64,000 bases of DNA, taken from Vulcanimicrobiota bacterium. Lineage in GTDB: Bacteria > Vulcanimicrobiota > Vulcanimicrobiia > Vulcanimicrobiales > Vulcanimicrobiaceae. The stretch lies in the NCBI GenBank assembly GCA_963812155.1, contig CAWETW010000001.1, positions 192,001 through 256,000 on the forward strand, read 5' to 3'. Numbering within the stretch: position 1 is the first letter of the stretch; every line of letters starts with the position of its first letter. The notes below the pieces were generated by a model that saw only the letters and a program-made list of their open reading frames with translations, was not told where the DNA came from and did no database searches. The position numbers were made by a program, and so were the translations under genes. Below, in pieces: positions 38,128 through 49,338 of this stretch.

Positions 38128-41100
38128 TCAGTCGGCGGTGACGTCCGCGGCTTCGCGGACCGCGGGAGTACCGAAGATGCGCTCGAGTTCCGCACGCACG
38201 CGCTGATCCCCCGAGATTCCCCGGCCGACGCGCTTGCTGCGGCCCCGCGCGTGCATGACCACGGGAACTTCCCCCGGCCACTCGTCGATCAGTGCCGCCA
38301 ACCGGTCGATCTGCTCGCGCCCCGCGACCTCGACGTGCCACCCTCGCGCCGGAACGGCGACCGTAGCACGCGCGGCCGGCGCGACGAACGGCACCGCATC
38401 CGTCACGCTGACCGAAAGATCGAGCGGAGGATCTTCTCCCGGCGTCGCTCCGCGCCGCTCGCGCCGCCGCAATCGTCCGACGATGACGAGCGTTGCGTCG
38501 GCCTTGAACGTCGCTTGCAGTTGATCGTAGAGCTTTGCGAAGACGATCGTTTCGCAGGACCCGGTCGTGTCTTCGATTTGCGCGATCAAGATTTGCTGCC
38601 CCGTCTTGGTGAGCGTCCGGCGCACGCTCGTGACGATCCCCGCAACCTTCACCACGGCATCGTCTTCGATTCCGTGAAGCTCTTTGAGCGGTCGTGCGCC
38701 CATGCGAAGAAGCACCGGTTGCACCGCGGCGAGCGGATGGCCCGAGACGAAAACGCCGAGCGTCTCCTTTTCCCACGCGAGCAGCTCGCGCGAACTCGGC
38801 TCCGGGCAGAACGGCAGTTTCGGTGCGAGCGACTCGGGCGCGGATTCTGCAAAGAGCGATGACTGCCCCAGTTCGTGATCGCGCGTCGCGCGCGCCGCTA
38901 CTTCCAACGCCGTGTCGAGCGCCGCGAGCTTGGCGGCCCGATGTCCCGGCAACGCGTCGAGTGCACCGCATCTCACCAGCGCTTCGAAGACGCGGCGGTT
39001 GACGTGCCTTGAGTCGACTCGTTTGGCGAGATCGAAGAGGTCGGCAAAGGCTCCTCCACGATTGCGTGCATCGATGACGTTGCGCACCGCCGCCTCGCCC
39101 ACGCCTTTGATCGCCGCGAGCCCAAAGCGGATGCGGTCGCCGACGACGGCGAAATCGACCAGCGACTCGTTGACGTCGGGCGGAAGCACGACGATGCCCA
39201 ATTTGCGCGCCTCGTCGATGTACTCGGCTAGCTTATCGGTGCGGTCTTTTACCGAGGTCATCAACGCCGTCAGATATTCGAGCGGATGGTTCGCCTTCAA
39301 ATACGCGGTCTGGTAGGCGATCCAGCCGTATGCCGCAGCGTGCGACTTGTTGAAGCCGTATCCGCCGAACGGTTCGACGAACTTGAAGATGTCTTCGGCC
39401 AGCGTGCGGTCGATGTTCGACGTTTCCTGCGCGCCGCGAACGAACTTGTCGCGGTAGAACGGGATTTTTTCCTTCTGCTTCTTGCTCATCACCTTGCGCA
39501 GTTCGTCGGCCTCGGCCATGCTGAACCCGGCCACGTCGCGCGCGATCTGCATCACCTGTTCTTGATAGCAGGCGATGCCGTAGGTCTCGGCCAGAATCGG
39601 CTCGAGCTTGGCATGCAGGTAATACGGCTTCTTGCGTCCGTGCTTGATTGCGATGTAACTCGGAATCGAGTTCCATCGGGCCCGGACGGTAGAGCGCGAC
39701 CAAGGCGATGATGTCTTCGAAGCGCGACGGCTGCAGCTCCGCGCAGACGCGCTGCATCCCGTCGGACTCGAGCTGAAAGATGCCCATCGTCTCGCCGCGC
39801 GCCAGCATCTCGAAGGTCTTGGCGTCGTCGAACGGGAGGCGCGACAGGTCGAACTCCGGATCGGTCGTGCGGCGGATCTCCTTGACCGCATTGTCCATCA
39901 CGGTCAGGTTGCGCAAACCGAGGAAATCCATTTTGAGGAGGCCGATTTTTTCGACCCACTCCATGTCGTACTGCGTGTTGATGCCGCCTTCGTTGAAACG
40001 AACCAGCGGCGTGTATTCCATGAGCGGGCCCGCCGAAATCACGACCCCGGCGGCGTGCGTGCCGGCGTTGCGCGCCAGCCCTTCGATTTCTTTGGCGGTA
40101 TCGAGCAGTTTGCGAATTTCGGGGCGCGAGGAGTAGAGCGACTTCAACTCGCTGAGCTGCTCCAAGGCCTTGGCGATCGTCAGGCCGCCCGGACCCGACG
40201 GAATGAGTTTCGCCACGCGGTCGACGTCGGGCAGCGGCACGCCCAGCGCCCGGCCGGCGTCGCGAATCGCGGCACGCGCCGCCATCGTGCCGAACGTGAC
40301 GATCTGCGCGACGCGATCCTTGCCGTACTTTTCGGTGACGTAGGCGATGACTTCGTCGCGCCGGTCGACACAGAAATCCGTGTCGATGTCGGGCATCGAG
40401 ATGCGATCCGGATTGAGGAAACGCTCGAAGAACAGATTGAAGCGCAGCGGATCGAGGTCGGTAATTTCCAGGCAATAGGCGACCAGCGACCCGACCGCGG
40501 AACCGCGTCCCGGTCCGACCGGTATGCCGTGGTCGCGCGCATACTTCACGAAATCCCACACGATGAGGAAGTAGGACGAGAATCCCATCTTCGTAATCAC
40601 GCTGAGCTCGTACTCGAAGCGTTCGCGCAACGCGGGATCGGTGCGCGCGCGCTCCTCGCCGTATCGCTTGCTCAAGCCGGCGTCGGCAGATCTCGCGCAG
40701 GTACTCCTCATCGCTCTTCTCCGCACCGGCGGTCTGCGGCACCGGGTATTCGGGCAGATGGAAGATCTTTTCGGGGATGCGAATGTCGACGCGATCGGCG
40801 ATCTTCAGCGTGTTCTCGCAAGCCTCCGGAAGATCGCTCCAAATCTCGTGCATCTCGTCCGCCGACTTCACGTAAAAGGCGTCGGAATAGAACTTCATCC
40901 GGCTGGCGTCGGCAACCGTCTTCCCGGTGCCGATGCAGAGCAGCACGTCGTGAGCGGGCGCATCGGTCCGGTCGAGGTAGTGGGAGTCGTTGGTCGCGAC
41001 GATCGGCACGCCCAATTCGCGAGCGACCGAGACCAGCCCGGTGTTGATAAGGTCTTCTTCCGGCATTCCGTGGCGCATGACTTCGATGTAAAACCGGTCG

Positions 41101-41592
41101 CCGAAGATCTCGACATAGGTTTTGGCGTTTTTCAGGGCCGTCGCGTAGTCGTTCCGCAGGAGCGGCGCAGCCACCAATCCCGACATGCATCCCGACAGGA
41201 CGATGAGCCCGTCGTGATGCTGCGCGAGCAGATCCAGGTCGATGCGCGGCTTGTAGTAGTAACCTTCGAGAAAGCCCTTTGGAGACGAGCGCGGTGAGAT
41301 TCCGGTAGCCGATCAAGTCGGCGGCCAGCAGCGTCACGTGCGCTTCCTCGCGGACCGTGCGATCGAAGCGTCCGCGCGGCGCGAGGTACGCTTCGCAACC
41401 CACGATCGGCGTGACCTTGTGATCGCGCGCGGCGTAGTAAAATTCCATGGCGCCGTACATCACGCCATGGTCGGTAAGGGCAACGCCGGGCGCACCGTGC
41501 TCGGCCGCACGGCGACAGAGGCGGTCGACCCGGCACGCTCCGTCGAGGAGCGAATATTCCGAGTGAACGTGAAGATGGACGAAACGGTTCAA
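38128..41592 (-). CDS. dnaE: DNA polymerase III alpha subunit (three apparent +1 frameshifts near 41277, 40686, 39667)
   Basis: 'FVHLHVHSEYSLLDG', 'ATNDSHY', 'GRGSA', 'MPDIDTDF', 'KMDFLGL', 'YGFNKSH' spread over four ORF segments. Confidence 0.95.
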
Positions 41593-41713
41593 CGAGACTC
41601 CCTAGAGGAGGACCTTGTGCCGGCTTGCAGGCAGCCTAAAGTCATGGGGTTCGGCCCCCGGCCAGCATAGTATAGGGTAGCAGAGATACGGGGTCATCAG
41701 GAAAGGGTCCGAA

Positions 41714-43400
41714 TTGATTAAACACGACGTGGTCGTGATCGGCGGCGGCTTGGCCGGCATGCGCGCTGCCGTCGAAGCCGCCGAAGGCGGTGCGGACGTC
41801 GCCATCGTCTCGAAGATGCACCCCGTCCGGAGCCACTCCGGCGCCGCTCAAGGCGGCATCAACGCCGCGCTCGGCAACCGCGAGGAAGACTCGGCGCAAG
41901 CGCACACCTTCGACACCGTCAAGGGTTCCGACTACCTCGCCGATCAAGACGCGGCCACCGCAATGTGCGAGGACGCACCCAAGCAGATCATCTGGCTCGA
42001 GCATCGCGGCTGCATTTTTTCGCGGTTGCCCGACGGACGCATCGCGCAGCGGCCCTTCGGCGGCGCCGGCACGCCGCGCACCTGTTACTCGGCCGACGTC
42101 ACGGGGCTGGTCATCCTGCACACGCTCTGGGAGCAGCTCGAGCGCTTCGGCGTGAAGGTCTACGAAGAGTATTTCTGCACCGCGCTGGCGATCGAAGACG
42201 GCATCGGCGCCGGCATCGTCGCCTACAACATGCGCAACGGCGAGCTGGAACTCGTCACCGCCAAAGCGACGATCTTCGCGACCGGCGGCGCCGGCCGAAT
42301 GTACCTCAAGACGACCAACGGGTACGCCTCGACCGCCGACGGCATGGGCGTCGCCTATAAGGCGGGCATCCCGCTGATGGACATGGAGTTCATGCAGTTC
42401 CATCCGACGACGCTCAAAGAGAACGGCGTGCTCATGACCGAAGGCGCGCGCGGCGAGGGCGCGCACCTGCTCAACGCGCTCGGCGAACGCTTCATGTTCA
42501 AGTACGCGCCCAACAAGGGCGAGCTCGCTTCGCGCGACGTCGTCTCGCGCGCCGAGTGGACCGAGATTCTCGACGGCCGCGGCATCGACGGCTGCGTGCT
42601 GCTCGACATGCGCCACCTCGGCCGCGAGAAGATTCTCGAGCGCTTGCCGCAGATTCGCGAGCTCGCGCTCGACGCCACCGGCAAAGACGCGATCGACGAG
42701 CCGATACCGATTCTGCCGGGCGCGCACTATACGATGGGCGGCATCGAGACCGACAAGTGGGGCGCGACGCGCGTGCCGGGCGTCTACGCCGCCGGCGAAT
42801 GCGCCTGCGTCAGCGTTCACGGCGCGAATCGGCTTGGCGGCAACTCTCTGCTCGAGACGATCGTCTTCGGCGCGCGGGCCGCGTCCCACGCGCTCGACTA
42901 CATCAAGAGCATCGGCGACGTCAATCCGTCGACCCGCACGCTCAAGCAGGAGCGCGACCGCGTCAACGCGTTGCTCTCTCGAGCGCGCGGGACGCGCGCG
43001 CCGGCGCTGCGCCGACGCGATGAACGAAACGATGAGCGCGAATACCTTCATCTTCCGCGACGACGCGGGTTTGGGTAAGGCGGTCGAGGACGTGGCTCGC
43101 ATCCGCCGCGAGTTCGATGCCGATGCCTACGTCATGGACAAATCCAAAACGTTCAACACCGATTTGGTCGGAGCGTTCGAAACGGATTTCCTCATCGACG
43201 CATCGCTGGCGCTGGCGACCTGCGCGAAAGCGCGGACCGAATCGCGCGGCGCGCAGGCGCGCACCGACTTCCCGGAACGCGACGACGCTAACTGGCTCAA
43301 GCATACCCTCGCCTGGCGGCAGCCGGATGGACCGCCGCGGCTCGATTACTCGCGAACCGTTACGATTACCGAGTTCGATCCTCAGGTACGAACCTACTAA
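41714..43400 (+). CDS. sdhA: Succinate dehydrogenase/fumarate reductase flavoprotein (apparent +1 frameshift near 43011)
   Basis: 'RSHSGAAQGG', 'QFHPT', 'TEGARGEG', 'HYTMGG', 'HGANRLGGNSL', 'ESRGA'. Confidence 0.95.
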
Positions 43401-43419
43401 AGGAGCGTTGGCAGACTCC

Positions 43420-44379
43420 ATGGCGCAAATCACCCTCAACATCTTCCGGTTCGACGAAGCCGTCGATACGGTGCCCCACCGCGACGCGGTGACCGTCGAC
43501 ATTCCGGAAACGACCACCGTTCTCGACGCGCTCGAAACGGCCAAGGCCGAAGTCGACGGATCGATCAGTTTCCGCCGCTCCTGCCGGTCGGCCATCTGCG
43601 GATCGTGTTCGATGAACATCAACGGCGTGACGGGTCTGGCCTGTAAGACGCCGTGCAACACGGTGATGGACGAAAACGGCGTCGTGGTCGTCGACCCGAT
43701 GCCGAACTTTCAGCCCATGAAGGACCTCGTGGTGCACATGGATCCGTTCTGGGACAAGTATTCGCGGCTTAAGCCCTACCTGCAGCCGAAAGACGCCGAT
43801 TCGGCGAACGATCGAGAGCGCCGCGTCTCACCGGACGACATGAAGAAGCTCGTCGACGTGGCCAACTGCGTCATGTGCGCGACCTGCTACGCGCTCTGCC
43901 CCGTGGTCAGCGTCGATCCCGCCTTTGCCGGGCCGGCGGCCATCGCGTACGCGTACCGCTTCATCGAGGACGTTCGCGACGGCCAACGCACCGAGCGCAT
44001 CGCGCAGATCAGCGAAGACTACCTGTGGCTTTGCGCGCATTGCTACGCCTGCTCGTATTGCCCGAAGCACGTCGATCCGCACGACCGCATCATCGACGTC
44101 AAGCGCGCGTCCATCAAGGATCGCGTGATGATGAACGAGCGCGGTCCGCGCCACGCCCTCGTCGTCGGCAAGACGATCAAACAGACGGGCATGCTGGCCG
44201 AGACGGAAGTCATTCAAGGCACGATCGGCCGCTTCAACGTGCGCGGCCTGCTCAAGGTCGCGCCGCTAGGGTTGCGGATGGCCGCCAAAGGCAAGATGCC
44301 GCCGCCGTTCGTCAAGCCGATTCCTAAGGTCGATGAAGTTCGTACGATTTTCGAATCGCTGGAGGTGCCCGTTTCATGA
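43420..44379 (+). CDS. sdhB: Succinate dehydrogenase iron-sulfur subunit (long, type-E-like)
   Basis: 'SCRSAICGSC', 'CVMCATC...CP', 'CAHCYAC..CP', C-terminal extension. Confidence 0.93.
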   Translation: MAQITLNIFRFDEAVDTVPHRDAVTVDIPETTTVLDALETAKAEVDGSISFRRSCRSAICGSCSMNINGVTGLACKTPCNTVMDENGVVVVDPMPNFQPMKDLVVHMDPFWDKYSRLKPYLQPKDADSANDRERRVSPDDMKKLVDVANCVMCATCYALCPVVSVDPAFAGPAAIAYAYRFIEDVRDGQRTERIAQISEDYLWLCAHCYACSYCPKHVDPHDRIIDVKRASIKDRVMMNERGPRHALVVGKTIKQTGMLAETEVIQGTIGRFNVRGLLKVAPLGLRMAAKGKMPPPFVKPIPKVDEVRTIFESLEVPVS

Positions 44380-45326
44380 GCGCTACCCTGCTTCCCGAAG
44401 ACCTTCCGCTCGACGCGCACCGGCGCACCCATTCGGCCGCAACCAAACGGTACGGATTCTTCCCCGGGTGCGTCGCCAAAGAGTCGTGCCGCGAACTCTT
44501 CAATTCCACCATGCTCTTAGCCGAACGGCTGAACATCGAACTCATCGAACTCACCGCGGCGTCGTGCTGCGGAGCGTCGGTGGTCAACGACGTCAATCGC
44601 GACGTCGCGCGCGTGCTCAACGCGCGCACGTACGCGCAGGCCGAAGCACTGGGCCTCGACGACGTGATTACGATCTGCTCGACGTGCACGGGCCACATGC
44701 GCGCCGCCAACAAAGAGCTGCGCGACAGCGAAGCGCTGATGGACCACGCCAACGCCATCCTTCGCAAGTTCGGCGCGAAGTACGAAGGCACGGTTACGGT
44801 GCGCCATTTGCTCTGGCTGCTCATCGACGACATCGGCCTCGACCAGTTGCGGTCGATGGTCGTTCGCCCGCTCAACGGTCTCAAGGTGGCGCCCTTCTAC
44901 GGCTGTCACATCATTCGGCCGGAAAGCGTCAACGGATGGGAGTCGGCTCGCCGTCCGCACTCGCTCGAAGACCTCATCGAGGCCATCGGAGGCGAAGCGA
45001 TCGATTATGCCGGGAAAACGCGCTGCTGCGGCTTTCACATTCAACTCGAGAAAGACAACGTTGCAACGGATATGGTGGGCCAAAACATGCGCATGGCCGC
45101 CGACCACGGCGCCGAAGCCGTCATTACGCCGTGCCCGCTCTGTCATCTGGCACTCGACGGTTATCAGGCAGATTCGGCCGCGCGTTGGGGACGAACCGAC
45201 CTTCCGACGTTTCATCTCCCGCAACTGGTCGCGTTCGCGCTCGGCGTCTCGCCCGACAAACTCGGCCTCAACAAACATCTCATCGACCCGCGCAACATAC
45301 TCGTCGAACGCGATTTAATCTCCTAA
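44376..45326 (+). CDS. HdrB/SdhE-like CCG-domain subunit
   Basis: 'FFPGC', 'CCGA', 'CSTC', 'FYGC', 'CCG', 'PCPLC'. Confidence 0.9.
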   Translation: MSATLLPEDLPLDAHRRTHSAATKRYGFFPGCVAKESCRELFNSTMLLAERLNIELIELTAASCCGASVVNDVNRDVARVLNARTYAQAEALGLDDVITICSTCTGHMRAANKELRDSEALMDHANAILRKFGAKYEGTVTVRHLLWLLIDDIGLDQLRSMVVRPLNGLKVAPFYGCHIIRPESVNGWESARRPHSLEDLIEAIGGEAIDYAGKTRCCGFHIQLEKDNVATDMVGQNMRMAADHGAEAVITPCPLCHLALDGYQADSAARWGRTDLPTFHLPQLVAFALGVSPDKLGLNKHLIDPRNILVERDLIS

Positions 45327-45347
45327 GGAAGCTCTGGTCATCCTTCC

Positions 45348-45467
45348 TTAATGCGTCGTTCCGCTCCAGCGATCGATCCGGCGTGCGCGGCGGCGTGCGG
45401 TCGCGCGCCGGCGCCCCTCCAGCCAAAACGCTAGGACGATGATTCCCGCAACTAAAAGCGCGTTCAT
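45348..45467 (-). CDS. 39-aa small membrane protein (below the ORF-track cutoff)
   Basis: AAGGAGG RBS and ATGA overlap with the GntR stop; MNALLVAGIIVLAFWLEGRRRATARRRARRIDRWSGTTH. Confidence 0.65.
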   Translation of the reverse strand: MNALLVAGIIVLAFWLEGRRRATARRRARRIDRWSGTTH

Positions 45468-45844
45468 GGCTTCCTCCTTACGACGTCTGCAACGGTCTTG
45501 ACGATCTGCCGCCCGGCATAGCCGAGCCCGAGCGCGCGCGCAACGAACGGCTCGGCAATCTCAACGAGGCGCGGAACGCTTACCGATCGCCGCGCGCGCG
45601 GCGGTGAGACGAACGTCCCAAGCCCGCGTCGCGTTTCCACCACGCCGATTCGTTCGAGCTCCGCATAGGCGCGGTTCACGGTGTTCGGGTTGAGTTCGAG
45701 CGCCGCGGCGACGTCGCGCACGCTCGGAAGCCGGTCTCCGCTCCCGACCTCGCCGCGCGCGAGCGCGCCGAGCATCTGTTCCGATAGCTGCGCGTAGACC
45801 GGCACGGGCGAAGCGTTGTCAACGAAAAGCCGGCGCGCGTCCAT
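45464..45844 (-). CDS. GntR family regulator, YtrA subfamily
   Basis: 'PVYAQL', 'GDRLPSVRDVA', 'NPNTVNRAY', 'RRGLGTFV'; only 126 aa. Confidence 0.9.
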   Translation of the reverse strand: MDARRLFVDNASPVPVYAQLSEQMLGALARGEVGSGDRLPSVRDVAAALELNPNTVNRAYAELERIGVVETRRGLGTFVSPPRARRSVSVPRLVEIAEPFVARALGLGYAGRQIVKTVADVVRRKP

Positions 45845-45853
45845 CGTGTCCTT

Positions 45854-45913
45854 GTGTCCTAATACAGTAATACACCTATTGCATACCATAGCGCCTCGAC
45901 GCGTTCGCGTCAA
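45854..45913 (-). promoter_or_regulatory. Sigma-70 promoter and YtrA-type operator of the GntR gene
   Basis: TTGACG-N17-TATGGT (45913-45885), then palindrome GTGTATTACTGTATTAGGACAC (45875-45854). Confidence 0.75.
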
Positions 45914-45917
45914 GCCG

Positions 45918-45960
45918 CCCCTTCGACTGCGCGCCCTGTGGGCGCTTCGCTCAGGGTGAC
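45918..45960. repeat. REP-like palindromic element
   Basis: CCCTTCGAC-TGC-GCGCCC-TGT-GGGCGC-TTC-GCTCAGGGTGAC; single copy in this window. Confidence 0.45.
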
Positions 45961-47123
45961 GTGGAGGGGATGGCGCCGGCGGTCCGCAGCATCTCGAGCA
46001 CCCGGTCGACCGGAAGCCCGTAGACCGTGACGCCGCGGTTGCCCGACATCGTCTTCGATTCGAAGAGCGCGTCGTAGATGGCGGCTTGCGTCGCCTCGAC
46101 CGTGGCGCCGTAAATACCGTCGAGCGCGTCGTCGTCTTCGAGGATCGGACGAGCGGGAGCCGTCACGGTAAAGTTTGCAACGCGCTCGAAGACGTGCGAC
46201 GTCGAGAATGCCAGAATCAGATCGCCGCTGCCGACGTGCGACGTCAAGCCGACGCGCCCCATGCCCAGGGCGGCGCGCAATGCGACCGCGTGCAGCTGAC
46301 GGCTGTCGAGCGGAGCGTCGGTCGCGATCACGATGATGATGCTGCCCGATCCAAAACGGCCTTTGAGCGTGACATCTTTGGGAAAGACGGGATGCAGTTC
46401 GTCCTTCAAACGTTCGCCGACCGGAACGCCGAGGATCGAGAGCAGGCGCCGTCCGCTTCCGGTATTGTCGTTGACGAGCACGCCGACGTGGTAGCCGCCG
46501 AGATCGGACGGCAAAACGCGCGACGCCGATCCGATTCCGGCCTTGAACCCGAACGCGCTCATTCCGGTGCCCGCGCCGACGCTTCCGCGCTCGAACTGTC
46601 CGGTCTGGGCCGAGTCGAGCAAGCGCACCACGTCACTGCCGCTCACGGCGCGCGCTTGAATGTCGTTGAGTGCGGCGTCGTCGCACTCACCGACGACGGG
46701 CAGCGGTACGTCGTCGCCGCGGCCGACCGCGGGATGGTGCTCGATCACCCAACTGACGACGCCGTCGGCGGCGCGTCCGACGTCGAGCGTGTCGGTCATG
46801 ACGACCGGTTCCTCGAGGTAGCCGGACTCCTCGATCCAATGCGTGCCGGTGAGTTCGCCGTTGCCGTTGAACGCGACGAATGCCGCAGAGACTTTGTGAT
46901 TCCATGGGTCGGCGTTGGGGAGCACCGCCGTCGCCCCGGTTCGAATCGTGCTGCCTTCGACTTTCGTCACATGTGCGACGCGCACGCCCGGGACGTCGGT
47001 AATGCCGTCGAGCGGACCGGGCGGGAAAAGCCCAAAGCGGAACGGCAATACGGCATCTGCCGGAACCGCGACGGCAAGCAACGCGGCGGCTACCGCCGCA
47101 CAGAGAAGACCGGCAGTGCGCAT
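45951..47123 (-). CDS. P1/DmpA-family (S58) aminopeptidase, secreted
   Basis: 'GITDVPGVRV', 'NGNGELTG', 'GSVGAGTG', 'GFKAGIGSASR', 'GSIIIVIATDAPL', 'SGD'. Confidence 0.9.
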   Translation of the reverse strand: MRTAGLLCAAVAAALLAVAVPADAVLPFRFGLFPPGPLDGITDVPGVRVAHVTKVEGSTIRTGATAVLPNADPWNHKVSAAFVAFNGNGELTGTHWIEESGYLEEPVVMTDTLDVGRAADGVVSWVIEHHPAVGRGDDVPLPVVGECDDAALNDIQARAVSGSDVVRLLDSAQTGQFERGSVGAGTGMSAFGFKAGIGSASRVLPSDLGGYHVGVLVNDNTGSGRRLLSILGVPVGERLKDELHPVFPKDVTLKGRFGSGSIIIVIATDAPLDSRQLHAVALRAALGMGRVGLTSHVGSGDLILAFSTSHVFERVANFTVTAPARPILEDDDALDGIYGATVEATQAAIYDALFESKTMSGNRGVTVYGLPVDRVLEMLRTAGAIPSTSP

Positions 47124-47234
47124 GGCCTTGACCATTGGACCCCTTCCGCATCGCGCCTGCAGGCGCGCACCGGGAACGTGGAAAACCCGTCGATACACAG
47201 CGAATTTTCAAAGCACGCCTGGGAGGGCCGAACC

Positions 47235-48798
47235 ATTCTTACCGTTCCCGAAAAACTCAAAGTCGCGAAGCTCTGGGAGAACCTTTCGGTTCCCGAACTG
47301 ATCGAGCACGCGATTGCAGCGCGGCGAAGGCGCCGTCGGTCCCGACGGCCAGGTCATCGTCGATACGCGACCGCACACCGGACGTTCGCCGAAGGACAAG
47401 TTTTTCGTCAAGGAACCCTCGAGCGAAGATCACATCGATTGGAACGACGCCAATCAAGCGATCGAGGCTTCGGCTTTCGACGCCTTATGGGAACGTGTCA
47501 GCGCGTATTTGAGCGAACGCGAAGCGTACGCGCTCGATTGTTACGTCGGCGCCGACGAACGCTACCGGATGCCGGTCCGCGTCTACAGCGAGTTCGCGTG
47601 GCACTCGTTGTTCGCACGTCATCTCTTCATCACGTCCGAGACGCCCGAGCCGGGTTTCGTCCCCGAGTTCACGGTCGTCGACGCAGCGCTCTTCCAGGCT
47701 GACCCGCAACGCGACGGAACCCGTTCGCAGACGTTTATCCTCGTCAACTTCGCGCGGCGAATGATCTTGATCGGCGGCACGAGATATGCCGGCGAAATCA
47801 AGAAGTCGGTTTTCACCGTCATGAACTACCTGCTGCCGCTGCGTGACACGCTGCCGATGCACTGTTCCGCCAACGTCGGCAAAGACGGCGACGTGGCGAT
47901 CTTCTTCGGCCTCTCCGGTACCGGTAAGACGACGCTGTCGTCGGATCCGAGCCGCCCGCTGATCGGCGACGACGAGCACGGATGGTCGGCCGACGGCGTC
48001 TTCAACTTCGAGGGCGGCTGCTACGCGAAAGTCATCCGGCTCTCGCCGACGGCCGAGCCCGAGATCTGGGCGGCGACGCACCGGTTCTCGGCCGTGCTCG
48101 AAAACGTCGTCTACGATCCGAAGACGCGCGCACTCGACGTCGATTCTGAAGCGAAGACCGAGAATACGCGCGCGGCGTATCCGCTCGAGTTCATTCCGAA
48201 CGTCGTGCCGGGAAGTCAAGCCGGACATCCGTCGACGATCATCATGTTGACCGCCGATGCGTTCGGCGTGCTGCCGCCGATCTCGAAACTTTCGCCGGAA
48301 CAGGCGATGTACCACTTCCTCTCCGGCTACACCGCGAAGGTCGCCGGAACCGAGCGCGGCGTCACCGAGCCGCAAGCCACGTTCTCGACCTGCTTCGGCG
48401 CGCCGTTCATGGTGCATCATCCGACGACGTATGCGCGTTTGCTCGGCCGCAAGATCGACGAACACCGCGTCGAGTGCTGGCTGGTCAACACCGGCTGGAC
48501 GGGCGGACCGTACGGCGTCGGCAAACGCATGTCGATCGCGCATACGCGCGCCATGGTCAACGCCGCAATCGAGGGGCGCATCAATCCCGAATTCGAGACC
48601 GAACCGTTCTTTGGCTTGCGCATTCCCAAGCACGTGCCGGGCGTGCCCGACGAGGTGCTCAATCCGCGCGACGCGTGGGCGGACAAGAGCGCGTACGACG
48701 CGCAGGCCAAGAAGCTCGCCTCGCTGTTCTTCGAGAACTTCAAGCGTTTCGAAGCGCAAGCTTCGGATGCGGTGAAGGCGATCGCGATCAAGCCGTAA
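47235..48798 (+). CDS. pckA: Phosphoenolpyruvate carboxykinase (ATP); frameshift near 47313, apparent ATT start
   Basis: '[10 protein letters not shown]', 'YAGEIKK', 'MHCSAN', '[12 protein letters not shown]', 'IGDDEH'; N-terminal '[11 protein letters not shown]' in the adjacent frame. Confidence 0.95.
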
Positions 48799-48807
48799 GC
48801 GCTTCGC

Positions 48808-49257
48808 GTGCCTGTCTTTGCCGGTTTCGATCACGTCGACTGCCGCGTGCGATCGCTCGCGGCGGTCGAATCCTTCTACGATGCGCTGATGCCGGAGTTA
48901 GGATTGCCGCGTAAGCGGTTTTCGTACGTCGACGATGCCGGCGATTGGCACGAGGCCTCCGCCGATCATCGCTACAACACGATCGAGTTTTTCGAGGAAG
49001 CGCAGCCGGATCGCGCAACCTTCTTCATGGGTCTCATCGAGCGGCCCGACCACGTACCCGGCGCGACGCGCATCGCGTTTCGCATCGAGCACGACCGGTT
49101 GCTCGAAGTCGAATCGTTTCTGCGCGAGATCGGCGCGCGCAACATCGAGCGCGGAGAAGATTTCGAGTCGTATCCGGCAATCTTTTTCGAGGATCCGGCC
49201 GGGACGAAGCTCGAGGTCGTGGCACGCGCCGCCCAAACGCTCGAACTGGCGGTCTGA
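48808..49257 (+). CDS. VOC/glyoxalase family protein
   Basis: 'FDHVDCRVRSL...FYD', 'RIAF', 'FFEDPAGTKLEV'. Confidence 0.85.
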   Translation: MPVFAGFDHVDCRVRSLAAVESFYDALMPELGLPRKRFSYVDDAGDWHEASADHRYNTIEFFEEAQPDRATFFMGLIERPDHVPGATRIAFRIEHDRLLEVESFLREIGARNIERGEDFESYPAIFFEDPAGTKLEVVARAAQTLELAV

Positions 49258-49338
49258 CCCGGCGCGCACAAGCAACCGCTTCCCGGTTCCTAATGCCTCC
49301 TTCAGGCTTCCCTCCTGCCCCACGGGTATGATAAGCGC

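Noticed and set aside
38128..41592. Intein or split dnaE
   Set aside because: The joined length (about 1150 aa) is normal and no intein terminal motifs occur at the breaks
7092..47320. Frameshifts in glmM (2), aroC, ftsZ, dnaE (3), sdhA and pckA as pseudogenes or programmed frameshifting
   Set aside because: Single-base indels, several in homopolymer runs, scattered in core genes whose motifs are otherwise intact and with no shared slippery motif; best explained as sequencing or assembly error (check read pile-ups)
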